A stretch of DNA of 50,493 nucleotides from assembly GCA_051252135.1 (NCBI GenBank), contig JBPOGH010000024.1, forward strand, positions 1 through 50,493, in the 5' to 3' direction. Below are positions 37,772-45,848 of this stretch, in pieces (position 1 is the first letter of the stretch; every line of letters starts with the position of its first letter). The stretch comes from Verrucomicrobiaceae bacterium (GTDB lineage: Bacteria; Verrucomicrobiota; Verrucomicrobiia; Verrucomicrobiales; Akkermansiaceae). Below the pieces are notes generated by a model that made no database searches, was not told where the DNA came from, and was given only the letters and a program-made list of their open reading frames with translations. The position numbers and the translations under genes are program-made.

Positions 37772-38923
37772 ATGGCCGAAAATCAAGACCACTCCGCATC
37801 CCAGGTAACCCCCACTTCCAATCAGAATCTCATCATCGGGATCGTCATGGGTGCCGTTGTCCTCCTCCTCCTCTTCATCGTCATCAACCAACAGTCCGAT
37901 TCCAAGGCTCCCGAAGATGATGAGCTGGCCCAACTCAAACAGGAAGTGGAAGACGCCCGTGCCAGCAGCCGGACCAGCATCGGATACGCCCCCGGACAAA
38001 ACTCCGAGGCCCTCGCCGTCAAAATCAAACAAGACGTCGACGCCCTCAATAGCATGCTCTCCAACCAGCAGGCCAACCTCGATCGCCTCCGTGGCTCCGA
38101 GGAAGCCGTCCGCAACCTCTCCCGCCAAAACACCGACCTCCAGAACCAACTCTCCCAATCCCGGATCAACGCCCAGCGCGTCCCCGGTCTCGAAGCTCAA
38201 ATCGCCACTCTTCGGGCCGATCTCGCCAGCGCCCAGGACCGCCTCAACAACTCGGTCGATGAATCCACCGTCGAGTCCATGCGCTCACAACTGGCCACCG
38301 CCCGCAATGACGCCACCGCTCTCCAGCAGCAGATCAACCAGCTCAAAGCCGAAATGGCCACCATGGTCGATCGCAACCGCCTCGCTGTCCTGCAGGCACA
38401 AATCTCCCCCCTCGAAGAGGAAAACCGCAAGCTCCGTGCCGAACTCCAGCAGCTCCGCGCAGATGCCGACCGCGCCAAGCTCTTCGTCACCCGTGACAAG
38501 CTCTCCCCCCGCGCCCAAAAACTCTTCGGGGAACTCGTCCGCCTCGAGGGCAACGCCCCCGCCGCCCGTCTCAAAGCCTACGAGCGCATCGGCCAGGACC
38601 TCAACGCCCGCGTCGTCGAGTCCGCCACCTTCAAGACCGGCAGCTCCGCTCTCGATGCCACACACGAAGACCACATCAAAAAGATCGCCGCCACCGCCCC
38701 CGGAAACGCCTTCTTCCTCGTCGTCGGCTACGCCTCAAAAACCGGCGACCTCCAGCAAAACCGCGAGCTCTCCGCCAAGCGCTCCACCCGCGTCGCCTCG
38801 GTCGTCAACTACCTCAAGCAACAGGGACAGGAAGTCCAGGCCGTCTACCTCGGCGAGACCGACCGCTTCGGCGCCCAAGCCGCTCCCAACCAAGTCTGCG
38901 AAGTCTGGGAAATCCGCCCGTAA
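37772..38923 (+). CDS. Membrane-anchored coiled-coil protein with C-terminal OmpA-like domain
   Basis: Single TM helix, long Q/L/A heptad region, FKTGSSAL...VVGYASKTG...NRELSAKRS. Confidence 0.8.
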   Translation: MAENQDHSASQVTPTSNQNLIIGIVMGAVVLLLLFIVINQQSDSKAPEDDELAQLKQEVEDARASSRTSIGYAPGQNSEALAVKIKQDVDALNSMLSNQQANLDRLRGSEEAVRNLSRQNTDLQNQLSQSRINAQRVPGLEAQIATLRADLASAQDRLNNSVDESTVESMRSQLATARNDATALQQQINQLKAEMATMVDRNRLAVLQAQISPLEEENRKLRAELQQLRADADRAKLFVTRDKLSPRAQKLFGELVRLEGNAPAARLKAYERIGQDLNARVVESATFKTGSSALDATHEDHIKKIAATAPGNAFFLVVGYASKTGDLQQNRELSAKRSTRVASVVNYLKQQGQEVQAVYLGETDRFGAQAAPNQVCEVWEIRP

Positions 38924-38940
38924 CTTCCACTCAATCTTCC

Positions 38941-38975
38941 AAAGGCCCTTCCGAAATTCGGGAGGGTCTTTTTTT
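38941..38975 (+). terminator. Rho-independent terminator
   Basis: AAAGGCCCTTCCGAA-A-TTCGGGAGGGTCTTTTTTT. Confidence 0.8.
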
Positions 38976-39023
38976 GTCCCCACCAAGGGCCAACACCCCG
39001 CCCCAAATGCAGAGTCTAGGCCC

Positions 39024-39112
39024 ACTCCCCAAGGGCCAACGGCCCGCCTCATACCAGCCCAGGGCAACGCCCTGGGTTTCCCACCCGCAGGGTCCATAGA
39101 GCAAGCCCGGCA
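39024..39112. repeat. REP-like palindromic intergenic repeat, family A, copy 2
   Basis: ACTCCCCAAGGGCCAACGGCCCGCCTCATACCAGCCCAGGGCAACGCCCTGGG, 49/53 identical to 7546-7598. Confidence 0.75.
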
Positions 39113-39207
39113 CACCGCTCCCCTGACAACCCACCCGCCGCTCTTCCTTCCCCCCCGCCGCTGAATACCAAACGACTCCCACTCCACCAAAAAATAATCC
39201 CCTACGA

Positions 39208-39978
39208 TCACCTCGTCGCGGGCCGCACCGGAACCCCGAGCTTCTTAAAATACTCCTTCGCCTCCGGCACCGTGTGCTGCCCAAAATGGAAAATACTCGC
39301 CGCCAACACCGCATCCGCCTTCCCCTCCTCCAACACATCCACCATGTGCTGCAAATTCCCCGCACCCCCACTCGCAATCACCGGAATCCCCACCGCCTCG
39401 CTCACCGTCCGGGTCAGCTCAATGTCATAACCATCCTTCGTCCCGTCCGCATCCATGCTCGTCAACAAAATCTCTCCCGCGCCCCGATTGTAAACCTCCT
39501 TGGCCCACTCGATCGCATCCAATCCCTTCACCGGATTCCTCCCCCCGTGCGTGAACACCCCCCACTTCCCGGGCGCGATCTGCTTCGCGTCAATCGCCAC
39601 CACAATACACTGGTTCCCAAACGCCTTCGCCCCCTCGTCCACCACCTCGGGCCGATGAATCGCCGCCGTGTTCACCCCCACCTTGTCCGCCCCCGCCAGC
39701 AACATCCGCCGCATATCCTCCACCGTCCGGATCCCGCCACCCACCGTCAACGGCACAAAACAATGCGCCGCCGTCTGGCTCACCACATCCACCATCGTGT
39801 CACGCCCGTCCGATGACGCCGTGATATCCAAAAAAACAATCTCGTCCGCCTGCTGCTCGTTATAAGCCATCGCCGACTCCACCGGATCCCCCGCATCCAC
39901 CAAATCAACAAAGTTCGTCCCCTTGACCACACGGCCATTGGTAACGTCGAGACAAGGAATAATCCGCTTGGCAAGCAT
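39208..39978 (-). CDS. hisF: Imidazole glycerol phosphate synthase cyclase subunit
   Basis: [64 protein letters not shown]. Confidence 0.97.
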   Translation of the reverse strand: MLAKRIIPCLDVTNGRVVKGTNFVDLVDAGDPVESAMAYNEQQADEIVFLDITASSDGRDTMVDVVSQTAAHCFVPLTVGGGIRTVEDMRRMLLAGADKVGVNTAAIHRPEVVDEGAKAFGNQCIVVAIDAKQIAPGKWGVFTHGGRNPVKGLDAIEWAKEVYNRGAGEILLTSMDADGTKDGYDIELTRTVSEAVGIPVIASGGAGNLQHMVDVLEEGKADAVLAASIFHFGQHTVPEAKEYFKKLGVPVRPATR

Positions 39979-40015
39979 GCCCTGATGTAGCCGCGCGCCC
40001 CGAACCTCGCAAGAC

Positions 40016-40675
40016 CTACATTCCCCAACCCCCGCGTTTCGCACGCTTCGCCGTAGCCTCAAGCTTCCGCAACTCGCTCTCACGATTCCGCCGCGAGGTC
40101 CCGTCCGGCGTTTCCTCCCCCTTCGTGTGAATCCGCGCCAACCCTTCCTTTACCAAGGTCTCATGCCAAAACCCCTCTCCCTCCACCTCCACAAAGGCGT
40201 AAAAACGCCCGCTCGTATAAACTTCCTCCCACATCGTATAAACCGTCAGCTCCTTCCCCTTCAACCCGGAGGCCGCAAATTTCTTCGCCGCCTCCCCCAG
40301 CTTCAGCGTCGTCTTGTAATCCAATCCCCCAAAGTAATCCCCCTGCTGACCCACCCGCTTCCGGTGATCCGCATACGGCTTGTCCTTGCTCTCCGCCGTA
40401 TCCACAAAATACATCCGTAATTCCACCACCCGGCCGTCGCTCGTCTTGATCTTGAAACTATCTCCGTCGTTGTAGGTGTCCGGAATGTATTCGCAGTCAT
40501 AGAGCACGTAGAACTTCCCCTGCCGCTCATCCTTCTTGCTCGTGACCTCGCTCTTCTCCGTCCGCTTGGTGTAGCCCGGGTCATCCTTCGATTTGTAGGT
40601 CTCGTGGAACTTGATCGCGATCGCCGCCACCACAAGGATCCCGGCTAAAATGGTCTTCAGTTTGCTTTTTTTCAT
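40016..40675 (-). CDS. Thermonuclease (SNase) family protein
   Basis: [44 protein letters not shown]-terminal anchor. Confidence 0.82.
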   Translation of the reverse strand: MKKSKLKTILAGILVVAAIAIKFHETYKSKDDPGYTKRTEKSEVTSKKDERQGKFYVLYDCEYIPDTYNDGDSFKIKTSDGRVVELRMYFVDTAESKDKPYADHRKRVGQQGDYFGGLDYKTTLKLGEAAKKFAASGLKGKELTVYTMWEEVYTSGRFYAFVEVEGEGFWHETLVKEGLARIHTKGEETPDGTSRRNRESELRKLEATAKRAKRGGWGM

Positions 40676-40689
40676 CTGGGGGAAATTTC

Positions 40690-41319
40690 TCACAGCCCGG
40701 TGTTTCCGCGATATTCGCGATACGTCCCGGTTGGCACCACCACCGGTCGCCATTCACGTTTCAACCGACGGTATTTCTTAATAAACGCCGTCGGATCAGC
40801 CCAATTCTCCCAACTCCGCGCCACGCTCTCCCGCCACATTCCGATCCTCAGATTATGCCGGATCTCGAAGTGCAGATGCGCCGCATACATCCCCCGGTTA
40901 TTCCCCATCGTCCCGATCTTCTGGCCCCGCTTCACCATATCCCCCTTCTTCACCAGGAAAGTACGAAGATGCCCGTACTGCGAATCACAATACTTCACCT
41001 GCCCCGTCGCCGGATCACGATAGGCATGCCGGATCAGGACCACCCGCCCCCAACCCACCCGCACATCCGCCGCAAAGGTCACCACCCCGTCCGCCACCGC
41101 GTAGATCGGATCGTGCAGATCGGAGTCTCCTCCGCCCGTCCCGTTCCAGTCTTCGCCAAAATGAACCGGGGGCGTCAGCCGAATCCCTCGCGCCTTGTAA
41201 TATCCCGCCGCATTGGGCTTCCCCACCGGGAAATCAAATCCGTCCGCCAGCTTCACTCGCACCTGCCCCTGCGCCCATCCCGAAAGAAGAGCTAAAACAA
41301 CGAACAACCGAACCGACAT
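40690..41319 (-). CDS. M23 family metallopeptidase
   Basis: HFGED (HxxxD), PIYAVADGVV, YGHL, AHLHFEIR. Confidence 0.92.
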   Translation of the reverse strand: MSVRLFVVLALLSGWAQGQVRVKLADGFDFPVGKPNAAGYYKARGIRLTPPVHFGEDWNGTGGGDSDLHDPIYAVADGVVTFAADVRVGWGRVVLIRHAYRDPATGQVKYCDSQYGHLRTFLVKKGDMVKRGQKIGTMGNNRGMYAAHLHFEIRHNLRIGMWRESVARSWENWADPTAFIKKYRRLKREWRPVVVPTGTYREYRGNTGL

Positions 41320-41325
41320 GAACTC

Positions 41326-42351
41326 CTAGCTTTTAGCAGACGCCGCCCGCTTTAGGCGATCCATAATCGCCACCCCCACTCCGGTGTTCGATACCGCCTC
41401 CGCCACAATCAAATCCACTCCCGCCGCATCCAGCTTCCGCAAACAATAAAACAACCTCACCGAAGCCTCGGACAACTTCCCTTTCCCGGGCGACAAGGTC
41501 TCAACCGCCTCCCACTCCGTCAAATTCACCAGAGAAGTCCCCCCTTCACCCCGATAGCTCAGCAAGCCGTACTTCTTCCCCTCCTCCGGCACAAACTGCC
41601 CCGGCTTCTCCACCACCATCAGCGGAGTCGCGGGCGCATAATGACTCTCAATCTGACCCGGTGCCTCCACCTTCCCGCCCGGCTTATTCTTCACCCGCTC
41701 CACTTTCCCAAACTTTCTCAAATCCTCCTTCGAGATCGGCCCCGGTCGCAGCAAGCGCAACACCGGACCCTTCTCCGTCATCGTCGGAGCCACAATCGTG
41801 CTCTCCAGTCCGTCCCGGCACGCACCGCCATCAATAATGAGCGGAATCCTCCCTCCCAATTCCTCCATCACCGCCTGCGCCGAGGTCGGACTGATCCGCC
41901 CAAAACGATTCGCACTCGGCGCCGCAATCGGCCCATGCACCTTCGCCACTTCCCTCATGATCTCATGCGCACTCAACCGCACCGCCACCGTATCCAGACC
42001 GCTCGTCACCAAATCAGGAACTTCCGCTTTCTTCGGCAACACCAGGGTCAAGGGCCCCGGCCAATATTCCTTAATGAGATCGTCCACCAACTCCCGCACA
42101 TCCTCCGGCACCACTGCCACGCGATCCAAATCGTCTTTCCTCCCAATATGCACAATCAGCGGATCAAATGACGGACGCTCCTTCACCTCAAAAACCTTGC
42201 TCACCGCCTCCGCATTGAAAGCACAAGCCGCCAGCCCGTAGACCGTCTCGGTCGGCAAAGCCACCACCTCACCCTCGGCCAAAAGAGCGACCGCTTCATC
42301 TACCGTATCACGCCAATCTTCGAAGTCGGCAACACTCAGTTTCGTATCCAC
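41326..42351 (-). CDS. sua5: L-threonylcarbamoyladenylate synthase (Sua5-type)
   Basis: VALPTETVYGLA, KERPSFDPLIVH, WPGPLTLVL, AAPSANRFG, APGQIESHYAP, IMDRLKRAA; start GTG 42351. Confidence 0.93.
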   Translation of the reverse strand: MDTKLSVADFEDWRDTVDEAVALLAEGEVVALPTETVYGLAACAFNAEAVSKVFEVKERPSFDPLIVHIGRKDDLDRVAVVPEDVRELVDDLIKEYWPGPLTLVLPKKAEVPDLVTSGLDTVAVRLSAHEIMREVAKVHGPIAAPSANRFGRISPTSAQAVMEELGGRIPLIIDGGACRDGLESTIVAPTMTEKGPVLRLLRPGPISKEDLRKFGKVERVKNKPGGKVEAPGQIESHYAPATPLMVVEKPGQFVPEEGKKYGLLSYRGEGGTSLVNLTEWEAVETLSPGKGKLSEASVRLFYCLRKLDAAGVDLIVAEAVSNTGVGVAIMDRLKRAASAKS

Positions 42352-42475
42352 GGCAAGGACCCTAGCAGAGTCACCACAAATGAAACACGCAATTTGTCTC
42401 CCCTTCTCCGGCCCCCGGCCGCCATCAACCAAACTTCGTATTGGTTTCACCTCCCATTCCCGATACGCTCCCCCC

Positions 42476-43000
42476 GTGCCGCAAAACATCGTGCTGATCG
42501 GATTCATGGGGACTGGTAAGTCCACCATCGGTCGCGAATTGGCCAAGATGCTCAACTACCCCCTCGTCGATACCGACCACCTCATCGAGGAAAAAGCCGG
42601 CAAACCCATTCCCGCCATCTTTGCAGACGAAGGCGAAACCGCCTTCCGCGACCGCGAATCCGCCGTCCTCACCGACCTCCTCGATCACGAAAGCTCCATC
42701 ATCTCCACCGGCGGCGGCATCATCGTCAGAGAGGAAAACCGCCAAATCCTCCGGCAACTCGGATACGTCGTCTGGCTCGTCGCCAAACCCAGCGAGATCC
42801 TCGAGCGCACCTCGCGGAACTCCAACCGACCCCTCCTCAATAACGACGACCCCGAGGGCACCATCACCAAACTCCTCGACGAGCGCACCCCGCATTACCG
42901 CGAAACCGCCCACCTCAGCATCGAGACCGACCAACTCTGCTTCGATGAAATCTGCCAGGGCATCATCGAGTCCGCCCGCTACTATTTCTCCAAACCGTAG
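42476..43000 (+). CDS. aroK: Shikimate kinase
   Basis: LIGFMGTGKSTIG, DTD, GETAFRDRE, STGGG, RPLL; start GTG 42476. Confidence 0.95.
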   Translation: MPQNIVLIGFMGTGKSTIGRELAKMLNYPLVDTDHLIEEKAGKPIPAIFADEGETAFRDRESAVLTDLLDHESSIISTGGGIIVREENRQILRQLGYVVWLVAKPSEILERTSRNSNRPLLNNDDPEGTITKLLDERTPHYRETAHLSIETDQLCFDEICQGIIESARYYFSKP

Positions 43001-43005
43001 CCCCC

Positions 43006-44043
43006 ATGGACGCGGCCATCGTCAAAAAGAACGTCCAATTCATCGCCCGCCAACTCGGCTTCGATGACTGCCGCATCGCCCAAGCCACCCGCGCCCCCCA
43101 CGCCGACCGCTACCTCGAATGGCTCGAGCAAGGACAGGCCGGCGACATGACCTGGCTCGAGCGAAACATCGAACGCCGCTGCGACCCCCGCGAAGTCCTC
43201 CCCGGCTGCAAGTCTGTCATCACCCTCGCCCTCAACTACCTCCCCGCCAAAGAACACCCCGACACCGGATACCGCATCGCCAAGTATGCGTGGAACGACG
43301 ACTACCACGACCTCATCGAGGACAAACTTAAGGACCTCGATCTCGCCCTCCAGGACATGGGCGGCACCCAACGTTACTACGTCGATACCGGCCCCGTCCT
43401 CGAGCGCGACTTCGCCTCCGCCGCCGGCCTCGGCTGGAATGGCAAGTCCACCGTCCAGATCCACAAAAAACTCGGCACCTGGTTCTTCCTCTGCGAGCTC
43501 CTCACCACCCTCCATCTCGAGCCCGACCAACCCTCCACCGACCACTGCGGAAAATGCACCGCCTGCATCCAGGCCTGCCCCACCCAAGCCATCACCGGCC
43601 CCCGCAAGATGGAAGCCACCCGCTGCATCTCCTACCTCACCATCGAGCACAAGGGCTCCATCCCCCTCGAATTCCGCAAAGCCATGGGCGACCGCATCTA
43701 CGGCTGCGATGACTGCCTCGACGCCTGCCCCTGGAACCGCTTCGCCCAAATCTCCCGCGAAACCAGCCTCCACGCCCGAAAGAAAATCTTCGACCACAAA
43801 CTTCGCGACTTCCTCGCCATGACCGTCGAGGACTTCCGCACCGTCTTCGCCAAATCCCCCATCAAGCGCATCAAACGCGAGCGCTTCCTCCGCAACGTCT
43901 GCGTCGCCCTCGGCAACACCGGCACCAAAGCCGACCTCCCCGCCCTCCACGCCACCCTCCACACCGAAGCTTCCCTAGTCGCCGAACACGCCCAATGGGC
44001 CATCGCCGAAATCAACAACCGCCCCCAGCAAAGCAATTCCTAA
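43006..44043 (+). CDS. queG: Epoxyqueuosine reductase
   Basis: IAKYAWNDDYH, VDTGPVLER, CGKCTACIQACPT, CISYLTIE, YGCDDCLDACPWN. Confidence 0.95.
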   Translation: MDAAIVKKNVQFIARQLGFDDCRIAQATRAPHADRYLEWLEQGQAGDMTWLERNIERRCDPREVLPGCKSVITLALNYLPAKEHPDTGYRIAKYAWNDDYHDLIEDKLKDLDLALQDMGGTQRYYVDTGPVLERDFASAAGLGWNGKSTVQIHKKLGTWFFLCELLTTLHLEPDQPSTDHCGKCTACIQACPTQAITGPRKMEATRCISYLTIEHKGSIPLEFRKAMGDRIYGCDDCLDACPWNRFAQISRETSLHARKKIFDHKLRDFLAMTVEDFRTVFAKSPIKRIKRERFLRNVCVALGNTGTKADLPALHATLHTEASLVAEHAQWAIAEINNRPQQSNS

Positions 44044-44057
44044 TTCTCTCCCCCCCA

Positions 44058-44545
44058 AATAGGGAGCGTTGCCTTCCAGGCTAACGCCCTCAACCAAGCC
44101 CTTCAGAGTTCAAATCTCACTGTTCACTGCTCAAAGTTCACCTCTCCCCAACCAAGCCAATATGGAGCGTTGCCTTCTAGGCTAACGTCCTCAACCAAGC
44201 CCCTTCAGAGTTCACAACCCGGCCCCTTCAAAGTTCAAATCTCACTGTTCACTGCTCAAAGTTCACCTCTCCCCAACCAAGCCAATAGGGAGCCTTGCCT
44301 TCTAGGCTAACGTCCTCAACCCGGCCCCTTCAAAGTTCAAATCTCACTGTTCACTGCTCAGACCTCACCTCCCCTCAACCCGGCCCTTTCAAAGTTCAAA
44401 TCTCACTGTTCACTGCTCAAAGTTCACCTCTCCCCAACCAAGCCAATATGGAGCGTTGCCTTCTAGGCTAACGTCCTCAACCAAGCCTTTCAATGTTCAG
44501 TGTTCAAAGCCCACTGCCCACTGCCCACTGTCCACTGTCCACTGT
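44058..44545. repeat. Composite repeat array: 4 palindromic REP-like units interleaved with heptamer blocks, ending in 5x CCACTG(C/T)
   Basis: GGAGCGTTGCCTTCTAGGCTAACGTCC variants at 44063, 44164, 44289, 44450; blocks TTCAAAG-TTCAAAT-CTCACTG-TTCACTG-CTCAAAG-TTCACCT; heptamer tandem at 44511-44545. Confidence 0.9.
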
Positions 44546-44561
44546 TTAGAGCCCCTCATCC

Positions 44562-44592
44562 TTGACTCACGATAGCATCACGTGATACTATC
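44562..44592 (+). promoter_or_regulatory. Sigma70-like promoter with overlapping palindromic operator upstream of fic
   Basis: TTGACT (44562) - 18 nt - TACTAT (44586) with TGn extension; palindrome GATAGCATCAC/GTGATACTATC at 44571-44592. Confidence 0.65.
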
Positions 44593-44597
44593 ACCCC

Positions 44598-45563
44598 ATG
44601 ACTCCTCCCTTCACCATCACCCCTCTCATCCTCCGCTGGGTCAGCCAGATCGAGCGATTGATCGGACGAATCGAAGGCCTCGATCAACCCAAACCTCAAG
44701 CCCACCTTCGCAAGACCAACCGCGTCCGAACCGTCCACGGAAGCCTTGCCATCGAGGGAAACACCCTCGACCTCGACCAAGTCACCGCCCTCATGGACGG
44801 CAAGCGCGTCCTCGGTCCCCGGGAAGAAATCCAGGAAGTCCTCAATGCCATCCAGACCTACGATGACTTAGCCGACTTCGCCCCCCTCCAATCCAAGTCC
44901 CTCCTCAAAGCCCACAAGCAAATGATGCAGGGCCTCATCCCCAATGCCGGGAAATGGCGCCGCAAAAACGTCGGCATCCTCAAGGGCTCAAAAGTCTCCC
45001 ACATCGCCCCCCAGGCCGACCGCGTCCCCCACCTCATGGACGACCTCTTCGCCTTCCTCGCGAAAGACGACCTCCACCCCCTCATTCGCTCCAGCGTCTT
45101 CCACTACGAACTCGAATTCATCCACCCCTTCCAGGATGGCAATGGCCGCATCGGTCGCTTTTGGCAGAGCGTCCTCCTCTACCACTACCATCCCGCCTTC
45201 GAGTTCATCCCCATCGAGTCCCTCATCAAGGATCATCAGCAAGACTACTACCAAGCCTTGGAAAAATCCGACCGCGCCGGCGACTCCACCCACTTCGTCG
45301 AATTCGCCCTCGAAATGATCCACCGCGCCCTCGAAGACTTCCTCCAAAACTTCAGCCCCAAACCTCTCACCGCCGAAGAACGACTCACCCGCGCCGCACA
45401 GGAATTTTCCAAGCGAACATTCTCACGCAAAGACTACCTCGCCCTCTTCAAAACCATCTCCACCGCCACCGCCAGCCGCGACCTCAAACAAGGCGTCGAC
45501 TCCGGCCTCCTCCAGAAACAAGGCGACAAAGCCCAGACGAGCTACGAATTCCGAAAATCCTAA
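44598..45563 (+). CDS. Fic family protein (class II-like) with C-terminal HTH
   Basis: HPFQDGNGRIGR catalytic motif; SLAIEGN inhibitory motif; C-terminal SRKDY...STATASRDLKQGV winged-helix-like segment. Confidence 0.92.
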   Translation: MTPPFTITPLILRWVSQIERLIGRIEGLDQPKPQAHLRKTNRVRTVHGSLAIEGNTLDLDQVTALMDGKRVLGPREEIQEVLNAIQTYDDLADFAPLQSKSLLKAHKQMMQGLIPNAGKWRRKNVGILKGSKVSHIAPQADRVPHLMDDLFAFLAKDDLHPLIRSSVFHYELEFIHPFQDGNGRIGRFWQSVLLYHYHPAFEFIPIESLIKDHQQDYYQALEKSDRAGDSTHFVEFALEMIHRALEDFLQNFSPKPLTAEERLTRAAQEFSKRTFSRKDYLALFKTISTATASRDLKQGVDSGLLQKQGDKAQTSYEFRKS

Positions 45564-45848
45564 GGCGATTCACCGCATGTGGCTCCGGGTCAGAGACCGA
45601 CATTCTGCCCGAATATCGCTAACTCAAGGCTCCCTCTGATTACTGAATTACAATCAGTTAAGCTCATTTTCTTCAAAGTATGCCTGACAATTTTCTTTCT
45701 TCGTTGTATGTATCGTGTATTTTTGGAATTGGTTAAGATCATCATCACCTTGTGATGATAATGATAATTATTTACATTTACCTTACAGCGAAAATAAGAA
45801 AACACCCCAATCATCTCATTAACACATACGAATAAAAAAGTATTTTAA

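Noticed and set aside
37670..38200. N-terminal extension of the 36989..38200 ORF
   Set aside because: It is antisense to the OmpA-like gene; the plausible protein starts at ATG 37669.
1690..44036. Numerous long overlapping or antisense ORFs rich in P/S/T/H/R or G/V/E (for example 1690..2571, 17751..19007, 22350..23465, 32484..33809, 37851..39164)
   Set aside because: They are shadow frames of real genes caused by high GC and extreme C/G skew, with no recognisable motifs.
44058..44490. CRISPR array (regularly recurring palindromic 27-nt unit)
   Set aside because: The intervening sequences are themselves near-identical repeats of variable length rather than unique spacers, and no cas genes are in the window.
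45570..45578. TCACCGCAT as a third tdk-end/att remnant
   Set aside because: Only about 7-9 nt of similarity, which is expected by chance.
45590..45814. 74-aa minus-strand ORF upstream of the SIR2 gene as a partner or antitoxin
   Set aside because: No RBS or motif seen and it looks like AT-rich promoter DNA; cannot be supported without a homology search.
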